Source of the DNA: Desulfomonilia bacterium | GTDB lineage: Bacteria; Desulfobacterota; Desulfomonilia; UBA1062 | Direction of reading: 5' to 3' | Assembly: GCA_963664325.2 (NCBI GenBank) | Contig: CAXXDQ010000008.1 | Location: 1-64,000 of the forward strand | DNA length: 64,000 nt | Part shown: one piece after another, positions 50,061 through 61,670 of the stretch | How positions within the stretch are numbered: the stretch's first letter is position 1 | How the letters are laid out: each line of letters starts with the position of its first letter | Program-made: the position numbers and the translations under genes | The notes under the pieces: model-generated | Databases searched by the model: none | The model's input: the letters and a program-made list of their open reading frames with translations, nothing else | Told to the model about the DNA's origin: nothing

Positions 50061-50070
50061 TAGGGACCTT

Positions 50071-51360
50071 ATGGAGAAATTCGAAGTGATCGTTGTCGGG
50101 GCCGGCCTTGCCGGTTTGGCTGCCGCCTGGACCCTGGCCGGCAGCGGTGTGGAAGTGCTGGTGCTGGAACGGGGCGATTACCCGGGGGCCAAAAATGTGA
50201 CGGGCGGCCGTTTGTATATCAATCCTGTCCGTGACCTGTTTCCGGGCTTGTGGGGAGCAGGCGCCCGCTGGAGCGTTATATTGTTCATGAAGGACTCACG
50301 CTCATGGCGAAAGAACGGGCCATGGCCTTTGAATACTCGGGCAACGAGCTGCGGGAACCGCCGCATCAGAGCCATACGGTGCTGCGCGCCCGCTTTGACC
50401 GCTGGTTGGCCCGAACAGGTCGAGGGCCGTGGCGCCATGCTCCTGACCAAGGTCTGCGTCGATGACGTGATCAGGGACAAAGAAACGATTGTCGGCGTCG
50501 TCGCCGGAGGCGATGAACTGCATGCCGATTTGGTGATTGCCTGCGATGGCGTCCTGTCCCTGGTTTCGGAAAAAGCCGGCCTGCATGCGCCCGCTTTGCC
50601 GCACGGCTATGCGGTGGGCGTCAAGGAAGTCATCAGCTTGAAGGAGGAGCGGATCAATGACCGCTTTCACCTCGACGGAAACGAGGGGGCTGCCCGGCTC
50701 TACGCGGGCGCGATCACAGGGGGCTGCTTCGGCGGCGGATTCCTCTATACGAACCGGGACAGCATCAGCCTGGGTTTGGTTGTCGGTCTGGATGATCCGT
50801 TAAATAAAGACAAAACCATCGATATTCCGGCCCTTCTTGACGCCTTCAAGGCGCGGCCGGAGATTGCGCCCCTCATCAAAGGCGGAACATCGGCGGAATA
50901 TGCCGCTCACGTTATTGCGGAAGGCGGCTTGCAGGGGCTTAACCCTCTCTGCGGCAACGGCATCCTCGTCGCCGGCGATGCGGCCGGGTTCGCTTTGAAT
51001 CTGGGATTTACGGTTCGGGGCATGGAGTACGCCCTGGCCTCCGGCTATTATGCTGCCCAGGCTTTTCTGCAAGCAAAGAAGGAGGGGAATTTTTCCGCCG
51101 GCGCCCTGTCGGTTTATAAGCGTTTTCTCGACGAGAGTTTTGTCATGAAGGATTTCCGGAATTTTCAGGAAACGCCGGGTGTGGTGGCCAATCCGCGATT
51201 CTTTAACGATTACCCGGAACTGGCGGGAAGCCTGCTGCGGGATGTTTACGCCATTCCCGCCGGTTCCAAGGGAAAGCTCTATCCGACCATCCGCCGTCAT
51301 CTCGGGTGGGGAGACCTGTGGTCTCTTTTCAAAGACATGAGGGGGCTGACAAAAATATGA
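50071..51360 (+). CDS. fixC: FixC-like ETF-linked flavoprotein oxidoreductase (compensating frameshifts ~50260-50410)
   Basis: GAGLAG, ERGDYPGAKNVTGG, GGGFLYTN, AGDAAG..RGM. Confidence 0.85.
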   Translation: MEKFEVIVVGAGLAGLAAAWTLAGSGVEVLVLERGDYPGAKNVTGGRLYINPVRDLFPGLWGAGARWSVILFMKDSRSWRKNGPWPLNTRATSCGNRRIRAIRCCAPALTAGWPEQVEGRGAMLLTKVCVDDVIRDKETIVGVVAGGDELHADLVIACDGVLSLVSEKAGLHAPALPHGYAVGVKEVISLKEERINDRFHLDGNEGAARLYAGAITGGCFGGGFLYTNRDSISLGLVVGLDDPLNKDKTIDIPALLDAFKARPEIAPLIKGGTSAEYAAHVIAEGGLQGLNPLCGNGILVAGDAAGFALNLGFTVRGMEYALASGYYAAQAFLQAKKEGNFSAGALSVYKRFLDESFVMKDFRNFQETPGVVANPRFFNDYPELAGSLLRDVYAIPAGSKGKLYPTIRRHLGWGDLWSLFKDMRGLTKI

Positions 51361-51641
51361 GCACCGGAGCGGGATTAAAAGCGAAGCTTGGCCTGGATGT
51401 ATTCAAAACCGGGGGAAAAGCGCACATTGCCATTCAACCGGGAAAGGAACGGGACCCCCGTCTCCAAAAGATGATCGGCGTTTGTCCGGCCGGCCTTTAC
51501 AGTGCAGGTGAAGAAGGAGAAGTGATCCTCACCGTTGAGGGGTGCCTGGAATGCGGCACCTGCCGCCTGGTTTGCGGGCCCGCGGTTTTGGAATGGCATT
51601 ATCCGGAGGGAGGAACAGGGGTGCAGTATCGGTATGGCTGA
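51357..51641 (+). CDS. fixX: FixX ferredoxin-like protein
   Basis: CPAGLY, GCLECGTCR, W.YPEGG.GV.YRYG. Confidence 0.9.
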   Translation: MSTGAGLKAKLGLDVFKTGGKAHIAIQPGKERDPRLQKMIGVCPAGLYSAGEEGEVILTVEGCLECGTCRLVCGPAVLEWHYPEGGTGVQYRYG

Positions 51642-51691
51642 CAGAAGGCAGAAGGTTGTTTTATTAATATTATTCAGAAGGAGAAAAAATT

Positions 51692-52832
51692 ATGGATTTT
51701 AAACTGACGGAAGAACAGGAACTGATCCGCAGAAACATGCGGGAATTTTGCGAAAAACATGTGGACCCCATTGCCGCGGAAATCGATGAGAACAGCAGAC
51801 ATCCCGCTGAACTATTCGAGCTTCTGGCCAGGGGGAGACTGGATGGGGATGCCTATTCCCGCAGAGTACGGCGGCGCCGGCACCGATTACCTGACACACA
51901 TCATTGCGGTTGAGGAACTGTCCCGTTCCTGCGCCTCCACGGGTTTTACCCTTTCAATCCATGTGGGCATTCCCGAAATGCTCCTGCTCCTCTTCGGTAA
52001 TGAGGAACAGAAGCAGAAATATTTGAAGCCCCTGGCCAAAGGGGAAAACCTGGGGGCATTTGTTCTGACGGAACCCGGCGCCGGCACTGATGTCATGGCG
52101 GCAACGACAACGGCTGTTCTCGACGGGAACGACTATGTCATCAACGGCACGAAAACGTTTACATCCAACGGTCCGACGGGCGGTACGTACATGGTTTTCG
52201 CCTGGACGGACAAGGCGGCGGGACGGAAGGGCATGAGTGCCTTCATCATCCCCAAAGGAACACCGGGTATGAAAGCGGGCGAACATTTCAAGAAAATGGG
52301 ACTCCGCTCCTCCCAGACGTCGGAAATGATTTTCCAGGATTGCCGCGTGCCCAAGGAAAACGTTCTGGGACAGGTGGGCGCCGGCATGGCCATGGCCATG
52401 GCAGGATTCGACCACGGCCGCATCGGTATTGCCGCCCAGTCGGTCGGCATTCTTCAGGCCGCCCTGGACGAATCCGTCCGTTATTCCAAGGAACGGGTCC
52501 AGTTCGGCAGCCCCATTTCCCGCAACCAGGCCATTTCCTGGATGATTGCCAATATGGCCACCGATCTGGCGGCCGCCAGATTCCTTACGTACCATGCCGC
52601 CTGGCTGAAAGACCAGAAGCAGCCCTTCAGCAAAGAGGCCTCCATGGCGAAACTGTTCGCTGCCGAGGCCGCTATGCAGCATACCATCAAAGCCGTGCAG
52701 ATTCAGGGCGGTTACGGCTACTGTAAAGGCGCCAAGGTGGAACGGCTGATGCGTGACGCCAAGATAACGGAAATTTACGAAGGTACGTCGGAGGCCCAGC
52801 GAATGGTCATCTCCGGGAATGTTTTACGGTAA
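51692..52832 (+). CDS. Acyl-CoA dehydrogenase (butyryl-CoA DH-like; frameshifted)
   Basis: LTEPGAGTD, RIGIAAQ, ITEIYEGTSE. Confidence 0.9.
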
Positions 52833-52907
52833 ATAAATCCTCCGTCCCCCTTTGCATTCCGATTGCCAAAGGGGGACGATTCAATAACGATAAAAGGAAC
52901 TTGATTT

Positions 52908-53676
52908 ATGCCCACTGTCATTGCCTGTTTCAAATGGGTCATCGATGAAGCCTATATCCGGCGCAATGCCGCAGGAGATTTGGATTTTTCATCGGTAGAT
53001 TATAAAATCAGCGATTACGATAAGAACGCCATTGAAGAAGCCGTTCGCCCTGAAGGAAATTCAGGGGGGCAGTGTTATCGGGATGACCGTCGGTGTTCCG
53101 GAAGCGACGAAAGGGATTAAAGATGCCCTTTCCCGCGGGATGGACCAGAGTTATTTCATTGCCGACCCCTCTTTCAAGGACCTGGAGCCTGCTCAGACGG
53201 CTTCCGTTCTGGCGGAAGTGATCCGGTCCCGGATAACGTCTTACGACCTTATTCTGTGCGGCGAAGGCTCCAGTGATCTGTATGCCCAGCAAATCGGACC
53301 GCGGCTTGCAGAGGCACTGGGCATTCCCTGCCTTTCCTTTGTCCAGAAATTAACCCTGGAAGGTGCTCAGATCAGGGCGGAACGCCGGGTCGAAGAGGGT
53401 ATCGAGGTTGTTGCGGTACCCCTGCCTGCCGTGGTCACCGTCCTGCCGGAAATCAACACCCCCCGTATTCCCGGCGTCAAGGACACCCTCATGGCTTCCA
53501 AAAAACCGGTTGTATCCATTAAGAAAGAGGAACTGGCCCCTGTGGTGGTTAGGCAGTTACAGAGCGTCGGTCTTACGGCAGCCCGTATGGATAGGGTCTG
53601 TGAGCGATTTGGTGCGGATGACGCGGAAATACAACGATTTATCGAGGCCTTAAGAAAGAAGGGCGTTAACATTTAA
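52908..53676 (+). CDS. etfB: Electron transfer flavoprotein beta subunit (FixA; frameshifted)
   Basis: ISDYDKNAIEEA, CGEGSSDLYAQQ, INTPRIP. Confidence 0.88.
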
Positions 53677-53686
53677 AGGAGTGGTT

Positions 53687-54645
53687 ATGGCCGGAGTTTT
53701 AATCTTTGCGGAAAAGCGCGAATATGTCATGGGGCTTTTGAATATCGGCCGGCAGATGGCCGCGAAAACAGGCGGCGGCGTCTGTGTTATTCTGGCGTCC
53801 GATCGTGAACGGGCACAGGATTATCTGGACCGTGGCGCACAACAGGTCCCTGCTTCTCCCTGATCTTCCGGAAGATCAGGCTCTTGATGCTTTTGTCCCG
53901 GTTCTGGCCGACGAAGCCCGCCTGGCGGACCCCGATATTTTCCTGCTGGCCGCCACAGCCAGAGGCAAGGAATTGGCCGCCCGTCTTGCTGCCCGCTTGC
54001 AGACGGGATTATGCAGCCAGTGCATCGCCATGACTTTCAACGATGCGAACGGCGCTCCGGAAATGGAACGTCTGGCGTATGGCGGCGCTGCCGTTCAGCG
54101 CGTGACATGTTCGTCCCGGCCCGTTATGGCGACCATCCCTCCCGGAACCTATGGCGCCGCGGACGTGCTGGAGGAGGGAAGCAAGGGCGATGTGCGGGCA
54201 TTGGCCCCTCCGCCGCCATCCCCTGTCAAGGTCCTGGAACGGAAAGCCAAGACGCGCCGGACAGTGGATATCACCGAAGCAAAAGTCGTTGTTTCCGTAG
54301 GCCGTGGATTGGCGAAGCAGGAAGACCTGGCTTTGGTAAGGCAGCTTGCCGACGCCCTGGGCGGTGAAATCGGCGGAACACGGCCCATGACGGAAGAACT
54401 GCATTGGCTTCCGGAAGAGGTCTGCATCGGCCTGTCGGGTGTTCAAGTGAAACCGGAGCTGTTTCTGGCCTTGGGTGTTTCGGGACAGATCCAGCATGTG
54501 ACGGGCATTCGCGGCGCCAAGGTCATCAGCGCCGTGAACCGTGATGAAAATGCTCCCATTTTTCAGCGTTGCCGATTATGGCATTGTCGGTGATATTTAC
54601 GATGTATTGCCCAAACTCCTGGCAGGTTTGAAAAAACCCGCTTAG
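53687..54645 (+). CDS. etfA: Electron transfer flavoprotein alpha subunit (FixB; frameshifted)
   Basis: VSVGRG, IGLSG..VKP, GVSGQIQH, AVNRDENAPIF. Confidence 0.88.
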
Positions 54646-54709
54646 AGATAATCATTCTGTTGCAGACAGCCCATCCCAATTTACCATTACCTATCGGAAA
54701 GGAGTAAGC

Positions 54710-56032
54710 ATGATGAAGCAGATCGTAAAAGTAATGTCGCTTGTGGTACTTTTTTTACTGGTCGCCGTCGCAGCTGTTGCCCAGGGACTGCCCAAGGCGA
54801 AAACTCCGGAAGACGTGGGCCTCTCTTCTGAACGTTTGGAAACGAATCTCCGCTGGCATTCAGGCGGATGTCGATCGCGGGAAGATACCGGGAGCCGTTG
54901 TGATGATCGTAAAGAACGGCAAGGTCGGGCTACTTTGAAGCCATCGGCTATCAGGATCGGGAACAGAAGATTCCCATGCAGCGTGATTCCATCTTCCTCA
55001 TGGCTTCCATGACGAAACCCTTTACGTCCCTGTCCATCATGATGCTTGCCGAAGAGGGGAAGATACAGATCCAGCAGCCCGTTTCCCTCTATCTGCCGGA
55101 ATTCAAGGGCACTGAAAGTGGGGGTGGAAAAAACGGACCCGGCAACCGGAAAGACGGAACTGATTCTGGTACCGCCGGAGCGGGAGATGATGGTGCAGGA
55201 TCTGCTGCGCCACACCTCCGGCATCACCTACGGCATTTTCGGGAAGACCCTGGTGAAAAGCCTCTACAACAAGACAAAAGAAGGGAACCCTTTTGATTTC
55301 AACCAGACGAATGCGGAAATGGTCACAAAATTATCCAAATTGCCGCTTCAGTACCAACCGGGAAACGACATGGGACTATTCCCAGTCTACGGACGTGCTG
55401 GGGCGCATCGTTGAAGTCGTGTCCGGCCAGGAATTGGATGTCTTCATTGCGGAGCGGATTGCCAAACCGCTTAAGCTGATGGATACGGTCTTCTGGGCGG
55501 AAGGGGCGAACCGCCTGGCCCGCGTTGCCCAAGCGCAAATGGATCCGGCAACAGGCACAAGGCCGGCCATGATGTTCGATGCCACAAAGCGCCCCGCCTG
55601 GATCTCCGGTGGCGGCGGGATGCTCTCGACGGCCGCCGACTATGCCCGCTTCTGCCAGATGCTATTGAACAAAGGCACCCTGGACGGGGTGCGCCTCGTG
55701 GCCCCGAAGACCGTGGAGATGATGGCGGCAAACCATTTGCCGCCGGGGACGAAATTTGGCCCCGGGATCCTGGGCACAGTTCATCGGCTCTCTTCCCAGC
55801 CCCGAGGTAGGCCAGGGTTTTGGTCTGGGATTCAGTGTGCGGACGGAAGCCGGCCTCAATCCGTCGCCCGGTTCCGTGGGTGATTTCTATTGGGGCAGGT
55901 GTTTATGGCACCTATTTCTGGATTGATCCCAAGGAAGAGCTGGTGGCGATCCTGATGATGAATGCCTCTGCGGAAAGACTGAACTACCGGGCACTTTTAC
56001 GGGATTATGTCTACCAGGCCATTATTAAATAG
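54710..56032 (+). CDS. Secreted serine hydrolase, beta-lactamase/esterase family (frameshifted)
   Basis: ASMTK (SxxK), LLRHTSG, GGGGMLST, YFWIDP. Confidence 0.85.
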
Positions 56033-56418
56033 GAGCGCTTTTTTATCAGACATACGCCGATTATCAATTCAGCATAAATCTGATTCGTCATTCGGACGAT
56101 GCCTCATTGTTTCAAAAGGGTATATTCGTTAGTCTAATATTGATGATATCCTTTCTGCAGCGTCACTCAGCGGACGCTGCAGAAAGGAATGATTTATGCG
56201 CCTGCCCCGCGGTGTTTTTCACAAATTCGCCATTCTTAAGGGCGCACAAATGGAAAACACCCCGGCATTTTGTTAGGAGAAAGGAGGGGACGTTCACTTT
56301 ATTCATTGATTTTACGAAAGAGAAATGTTAGATTCATAGAGTTTCCAGTTTAAAAGGTCACCGTTTATAAAATCTTTTTGTTTCCTTGAGATACGTCTCA
56401 ATCTTCAGGAGGCATTCA

Positions 56419-57532
56419 ATGTTTGAACACAAATATCTAATTGAAGAATTGTTGACACCGACCGGGATAACCATCAACGGAAGCAATCCCTGGGATATCC
56501 GTATTAAGGATGATCGGACGTTTTCGCTCGTTTTGAGCAATAAGAATTTAGGACTGGGCGAGGCTTATGTGGCCGGCTGGTGGGATTGCCAGCGGTTGGA
56601 TGAATTTTTTTGCAGGGTTCTCAAGGCCGGTATCGATAAAAAAGTCAAGGCCGGTTATAAATTTTTACTTCATGTCCTGTCGGCCTCCCTGTTCAACAGG
56701 CAATCGAAAAAACGGGCCCGCATCGTCGCCGAGCAGCACTATGACCTGGACAACGAATTGTTCACGTCGTTTCTCGATGCTTACAATCAGTACAGTTGCG
56801 CATATTTTGAAGGGACAGCGGACCTTGAAGATGCCCAAATCAAAAAGATGGAACTCATCTGTAAAAAACTCCACCTTCAGCAAAACGATCATGTTCTGGA
56901 CATCGGCTTGCGGCTGGGGGGGCCTGGCGCATTTATATGGCGGAGCGGTATGGTTGTACCGTAACGGCCGTTAATATATCGCAGGAGCAGATTCAGTATG
57001 CCCGACAATTCTGCAAAGGCTTGCCGGTGCAGATTTTAAAGTGCGACTATCGCGATCTGGAAGGCCGGTACGATAAAATCGTTTCCGTTGGCATGTTTGA
57101 ACATGTCGGCCAGAAAAATTATAAAACCTTCATGCAGGTCCCGCTCATCGCTGTCTGAAAGAAGACGGGATTTTCCTGTTGCATACCATCGGCGGCAATG
57201 AGTCCACCACGCAATGCGATCCCTGGATCAACAAGTACATCTTTCCCAACGGCATGCTGCCCAGTGTCGCCCAGATCAGCAAAGCCGTAGAAGGAATGTT
57301 CATGATAGAAGATCTTCATAATTTGGGCCCCCATTATGAAAAAACGCTGCTTGCCTGGCACGCCAATTTTCAGAAAGCCTGGGATAAATTAAAGGGCAAA
57401 TATGACGACAAGTTTAAACGCATGTGGGAATATTATCTGCTGTCTTGTGCCGGATCGTTCCGCGCCCGTCACATCCAGCTTTGGCAGATCGTCCTGACCA
57501 AATACGGCGCACCGCAACCCGAATGCCGGTGA
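56419..57532 (+). CDS. cfa: Cyclopropane-fatty-acyl-phospholipid synthase (frameshifted)
   Basis: HYDL.N, QYSCAYF, VSVGMFEHVG, WINKYIFP. Confidence 0.92.
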
Positions 57533-57622
57533 TGGTGCGGGCTCCAAATCTTGTTGACGATCATCTTGCGATGCAATATGCTGCCTACGGTATTTACCTT
57601 TGATGACTGAATAACGAAAGGG

Positions 57623-58432
57623 ATGGGCAGGAAGATGGGCGAACAAGATGCAGTCAAAATGGAAATCGACGAACTGGGCATAGCCACCGTAACATTGAAC
57701 CGGCCTGAAGCGGCAAACGCCTTCAATCAAGATGTATGGAGGGGTGTGCAGAATCGTGCCGTGGAGATCAAGGAGAATCCGAAAGTCCGGGTAGCCATTG
57801 TAACCGGCGCGGGTGAAAAAGCTTTCACTGCCGGCATGGATCTGAAAATGATATCCGGCAGCGGTTCCGGTTCCTCTCAATTTTTTCCGAATTACCGGCA
57901 GGGCTATGATACGCTGTATGGCTTGAAGATGATTATTTCGCAATGGGAAGATCTGGCCGTGCCGGTGATTGCTGCCATTAACGGATACTGTCTCGGCGCC
58001 GGCATGGAATTCATCCTGTGCTGCGATATGCGTCTCGCTTCGGAAAATGCCGTTTTCGGCCTTCCGGAAATCAAATTCGGCGTCATGCCCGATCTGGGCA
58101 GCACGCAACGGCTTCCCCGAGTCGTCGGTCCCGGCCTGGCGAAGGAGCTGATTATAACGGCGAGGCGGATCAATGCCGCCGAGGCCTTGCGCATCGGGCT
58201 CGTGGATCATGTTTACGCCAGGCAGGACCTCATGGCCGAGGCACGGAAGCTTGCCGAGGAGATTGCCCAATTGAACCCCCGTCTCGTCGAAGGGGCAAAG
58301 CGGGCCGTCAATATGTCTATGTCAACACCGCTGGACTGGGGCCTGCGGCTGGAAACGGATATCTGTCTGGGCGCGGGGAGTGCGAGTTCCTTCAAGGAAG
58401 AGGCAAAGCGCTTTCTGGATGATAAGAAATAG
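57623..58432 (+). CDS. Enoyl-CoA hydratase/isomerase
   Basis: [28 protein letters not shown]. Confidence 0.9.
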   Translation: MGRKMGEQDAVKMEIDELGIATVTLNRPEAANAFNQDVWRGVQNRAVEIKENPKVRVAIVTGAGEKAFTAGMDLKMISGSGSGSSQFFPNYRQGYDTLYGLKMIISQWEDLAVPVIAAINGYCLGAGMEFILCCDMRLASENAVFGLPEIKFGVMPDLGSTQRLPRVVGPGLAKELIITARRINAAEALRIGLVDHVYARQDLMAEARKLAEEIAQLNPRLVEGAKRAVNMSMSTPLDWGLRLETDICLGAGSASSFKEEAKRFLDDKK

Positions 58433-58447
58433 CCCTTATCGAAGCCC

Positions 58448-59329
58448 ATGATTATCAGCGCCAGCCGGCGGACGGACATCCCCGCCTTTTATGGCGAATG
58501 GTTCATGAACCGTATCCGGGAGGGTAGCTGCACGGTCCCGAATCCCTTCAACCACCGCCAGCTTGCCGTGATTTCCCTTAGGCCGGCAGATGTGGATGCC
58601 ATTGTTTTCTGGACCCGGAATCCCCGGTCCCTGCTGTCCCGCTTGGCAGAACTGGATGACCGTGGTTATCGCTACTATTTTCACTATACCCTGATGGGCA
58701 ATCCCACCTGGCTCGATCCGGCAATGCCGCCGCCGGATCAGGCCATCCATCATTTCAAAAAACTGTCCGATACCGTAGGTCCGGAAAAGATCATCTGGCG
58801 TTATGATCCCATCGTGTTCAGCAACGTGACCGATACGGCTTTTCATCAAGAGACATACGGATTCCTTGCCCGGACACTCCGGGGCTACACACGGCGTTCC
58901 GTCATCAGCATTGTGGATTTTTACAAGAAGGTTGCAAAGCGTTTTCAAGACCTATCCTGTCAGGGCATAACCATCCAGAGGCCGGAGCAGGAGGTCGCCC
59001 ATCTTATCCCCGCACTTGTTTCCCTGGCCCGTGAAAACGGCATGAAAATAGCCAGTTGTGCGGAAGATATCGATTTGCGGCCTTATGGCGTCCGGCCCGG
59101 CAAATGCATTGATAACGATTATCTTTATGAGGTTTTTGGCCTGAACGTCCCCTATCGGAAGGACCCGGCGCAACGAAAAGCCTGCGGCTGCGTAACCAGC
59201 AGAGATATCGGCATGTATGAATCCTGCCCGTGCGGCTGCGTTTACTGTTATGCCACGACGAGCGTTGAGAGGGCCCGAACAAATCTTCGGGCCCATGATC
59301 CCCTGTTGCCATCCCAAATTAAAGGGTGA
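58448..59329 (+). CDS. DUF1848 domain protein (radical-SAM-like)
   Basis: MIISASRRTDIPAFY, WRYDPI, CPCGCVYCYA. Confidence 0.88.
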   Translation: MIISASRRTDIPAFYGEWFMNRIREGSCTVPNPFNHRQLAVISLRPADVDAIVFWTRNPRSLLSRLAELDDRGYRYYFHYTLMGNPTWLDPAMPPPDQAIHHFKKLSDTVGPEKIIWRYDPIVFSNVTDTAFHQETYGFLARTLRGYTRRSVISIVDFYKKVAKRFQDLSCQGITIQRPEQEVAHLIPALVSLARENGMKIASCAEDIDLRPYGVRPGKCIDNDYLYEVFGLNVPYRKDPAQRKACGCVTSRDIGMYESCPCGCVYCYATTSVERARTNLRAHDPLLPSQIKG

Positions 59330-59336
59330 CCTTTTA

Positions 59337-59819
59337 TTATTCACCTTCTTCGAGAGGTATCATTCGTACCCTGGTTTTCCCATGACCCAGCATGCCGAGT
59401 TTGCTTGCCGCTGCATGCGACAGATCGATCAGTTCATAACCGCGGCGCCGGCAGCGATCGTTGATGGTCACAAGTACGGAACGGTTATTGGCAAGATTGA
59501 TCACTTTTACTTTCGTACCGTGGGGGAGATGGGGGTGGGCCGCTGTCAAATGATTTTTATTGTATTTTTTCCCGGAATGGGTGCGTCTGCCATGGTACTT
59601 TTTTTTATAATGGACGGCTATGCCCATAATGCCTTTGGGTTCTTCCCACGTTGGGTTGGCCGTTGCCGCGGTTTTCTCATCCGCCTGCAGCGGAGGTACC
59701 GTAACGAGAACAGGCACCAGGCATGTGAAAGCCAGCCATGCCCTAATGAACAGCGGTTTCTTAAGTATCACGTCAGTCTCCTGATCATGGCGATGAGCCG
59801 GATAAATTTCTTTCTTCAA
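59337..59819 (-). CDS. rlpA: RlpA-family lytic transglycosylase (start uncertain)
   Basis: TAAH..LP.GT.VKV.N, INDR, IDLS.AAA. Confidence 0.8.
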   Translation of the reverse strand: MKKEIYPAHRHDQETDVILKKPLFIRAWLAFTCLVPVLVTVPPLQADEKTAATANPTWEEPKGIMGIAVHYKKKYHGRRTHSGKKYNKNHLTAAHPHLPHGTKVKVINLANNRSVLVTINDRCRRRGYELIDLSHAAASKLGMLGHGKTRVRMIPLEEGE

Positions 59820-60303
59820 GGGTCTCTAAAAAGAAATGTAACAGGGCGGTGGTAAATTCAGACATGTTTTCAATTCTATCAGATTTTCCGGTTTCGATGC
59901 ATGTCATGCGATTTATCGGACCGGCTACGGCCAGTGCTGTGTAGCCGGCGTTGTGGCCGTAAGGGCTTTTCGCCGGGCCTGCCGCTCCGCCTTCACCTAT
60001 TACCCAGTCCGTTCCCATTTTTTCTTTGAATTTAAGCGCCATATCCATGATCAATTCAGGCGTTGAGCCTCCGTATGCCCCATGGTCTTCCCGGCCCATT
60101 TGTACGATTTGCTTACGGATACGATAACTGTACAATACGGTTCCGCCGATGAAAAATGAAGAGGCGCCAGGTATCGACAGTAGACAGGCGGATACGAGAC
60201 CGCCGGCGCTGGATTCTGCCACCGCCAATTTCTCATTGGCCGTTGTCAGAATGACGGCGATCTTTTTTACCAGGTTTACTTGCTCTTCCGTCATAAAACT
60301 CAT
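59785..60303 (-). CDS. CinA C-terminal (NMN deamidase-like) protein
   Basis: LAVAESSAGGL...PGAS..F.GG...GAAGP. Confidence 0.8.
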   Translation of the reverse strand: MSFMTEEQVNLVKKIAVILTTANEKLAVAESSAGGLVSACLLSIPGASSFFIGGTVLYSYRIRKQIVQMGREDHGAYGGSTPELIMDMALKFKEKMGTDWVIGEGGAAGPAKSPYGHNAGYTALAVAGPINRMTCIETGKSDRIENMSEFTTALLHFFLETLEERNLSGSSP

Positions 60304-60381
60304 GGAAATTATACCATCCATTTCAGCATAATATCTTCGCGAGGCCATGAAATCATACCAAATAATTCCTCTCAATTCCAT

Positions 60382-60648
60382 CTAAAAGGCTTGATAATCC
60401 GAAGCGAGAGGGAGGAAGCAGGCGTGTTTCTTTGCCATCCTCGTCCATTTGCTGATGACGGCATATAAAAAGCCCCAGGCAACCCATATCAATCCGTTCT
60501 TCATTTCAGCCGGGAAAGTCATGCCGAGTGATCGATAATGGTCCATCCCGTATGCTTTGAGCAGAACCTCATTTCTGACAAATTTCGATACATTCACCCA
60601 AACACCGGCCACAATGATGGCCATTATGTTGCGGCTTGATTGTTTCAT
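60382..60648 (-). CDS. Hypothetical membrane protein, possibly truncated
   Basis: AGGAG RBS; two hydrophobic segments. Confidence 0.45.
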   Translation of the reverse strand: MKQSSRNIMAIIVAGVWVNVSKFVRNEVLLKAYGMDHYRSLGMTFPAEMKNGLIWVAWGFLYAVISKWTRMAKKHACFLPLASDYQAF

Positions 60649-60997
60649 GAACGCTCCTTTTTTTGCATATTGAAGCACATTTTTTTTCCGGGAATTAAAA
60701 ATCCGTTTAGAACAATATGCCCGGGAAATGGCTCAGAGACCGGGAGGCGCAGTCATGCGAGAAGTCCCCATGAGCTTGAATCCAAAGTCCGAAGCATGGA
60801 CTTTGCCGCCTGCGGCGCGGTCGGAATTGCCTGCTGCCACCACCTCCCATGTTGTATAAAAAATCCCGCAGGCAAAATTTGCCTTGACAAAAGTTTCCTA
60901 TTATGAAATAAAAGTGTTTTGCTAGATAACATTAAACGATGTATTTATCCTTATGAATTTCATTTTTTCATACATGTAAAGAGGAATTTTTTTCATA

Positions 60998-61579
60998 ATG
61001 CAGCAACAGCCCATGATCAATGAAGAGGAAATAGGCAAAAGAATAAAAGTATTGCGCGTTTCAAAACGAATTACCCTCGATGGACTGGCTGCGCAGACCG
61101 GTTTCACCAAAGGTTATCTATCCAAAGTTGAAAAATCGACCAAAGCGCCTCCCATCTCCACGCTCGGCAATATTGCCAGGGCGCTTGGCGTGAACATTTC
61201 ATTTCTATTGGGCGAGGAAAATAATTTCACCTCCTTCTGTCTTGTTAGAAAAGGAGAAAGGTCCCTGGTGTCAAGAGACGGAACAGCCTCTGAATATGCC
61301 TACGAGGCCGTGGCCCACAAATTCGCCAACAAGACGATGGAACCCTTCATCCTGACGCTTCCCGTTGATCCCCAAAAGAAGAACTTCTACCAGCATGAAG
61401 GGCAGGAAATCCTTTTTGTTATTGAAGGCAAAATGAAATTTACCCATGGCGTCGACGAATACATCGCCGAAGAAGGTGATTGTCTGTATTTTGATTCCGG
61501 CATCCCCCACCTTGGCGTTTCCGTGGGGACGAAGGCCGCCAAATGCTTCATGGTCATCCACAGCCCCGGCGGCAAATAA
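60998..61579 (+). CDS. XRE HTH-cupin regulator
   Basis: LAAQTGFTKGYLSKVE; HEGQE...GDCLYFDS.IPH. Confidence 0.9.
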   Translation: MQQQPMINEEEIGKRIKVLRVSKRITLDGLAAQTGFTKGYLSKVEKSTKAPPISTLGNIARALGVNISFLLGEENNFTSFCLVRKGERSLVSRDGTASEYAYEAVAHKFANKTMEPFILTLPVDPQKKNFYQHEGQEILFVIEGKMKFTHGVDEYIAEEGDCLYFDSGIPHLGVSVGTKAAKCFMVIHSPGGK

Positions 61580-61670
61580 AAAATCGACGCTTACTGCCGC
61601 CGTTTCCGACAGAACCGACTCTTTCGCGCGTCGGCGGCTGCATCACCAACACCTAGGGAAAGGAACAAGT

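Noticed and set aside
54710-56032. Beta-lactam resistance gene
   Set aside because: SMTK/LLRHTSG family members are mostly esterases or peptidases; nothing indicates true AmpC activity
41400-57200. Programmed frameshifting or phase variation
   Set aside because: Indels are too many, scattered, and not at long slippery tracts
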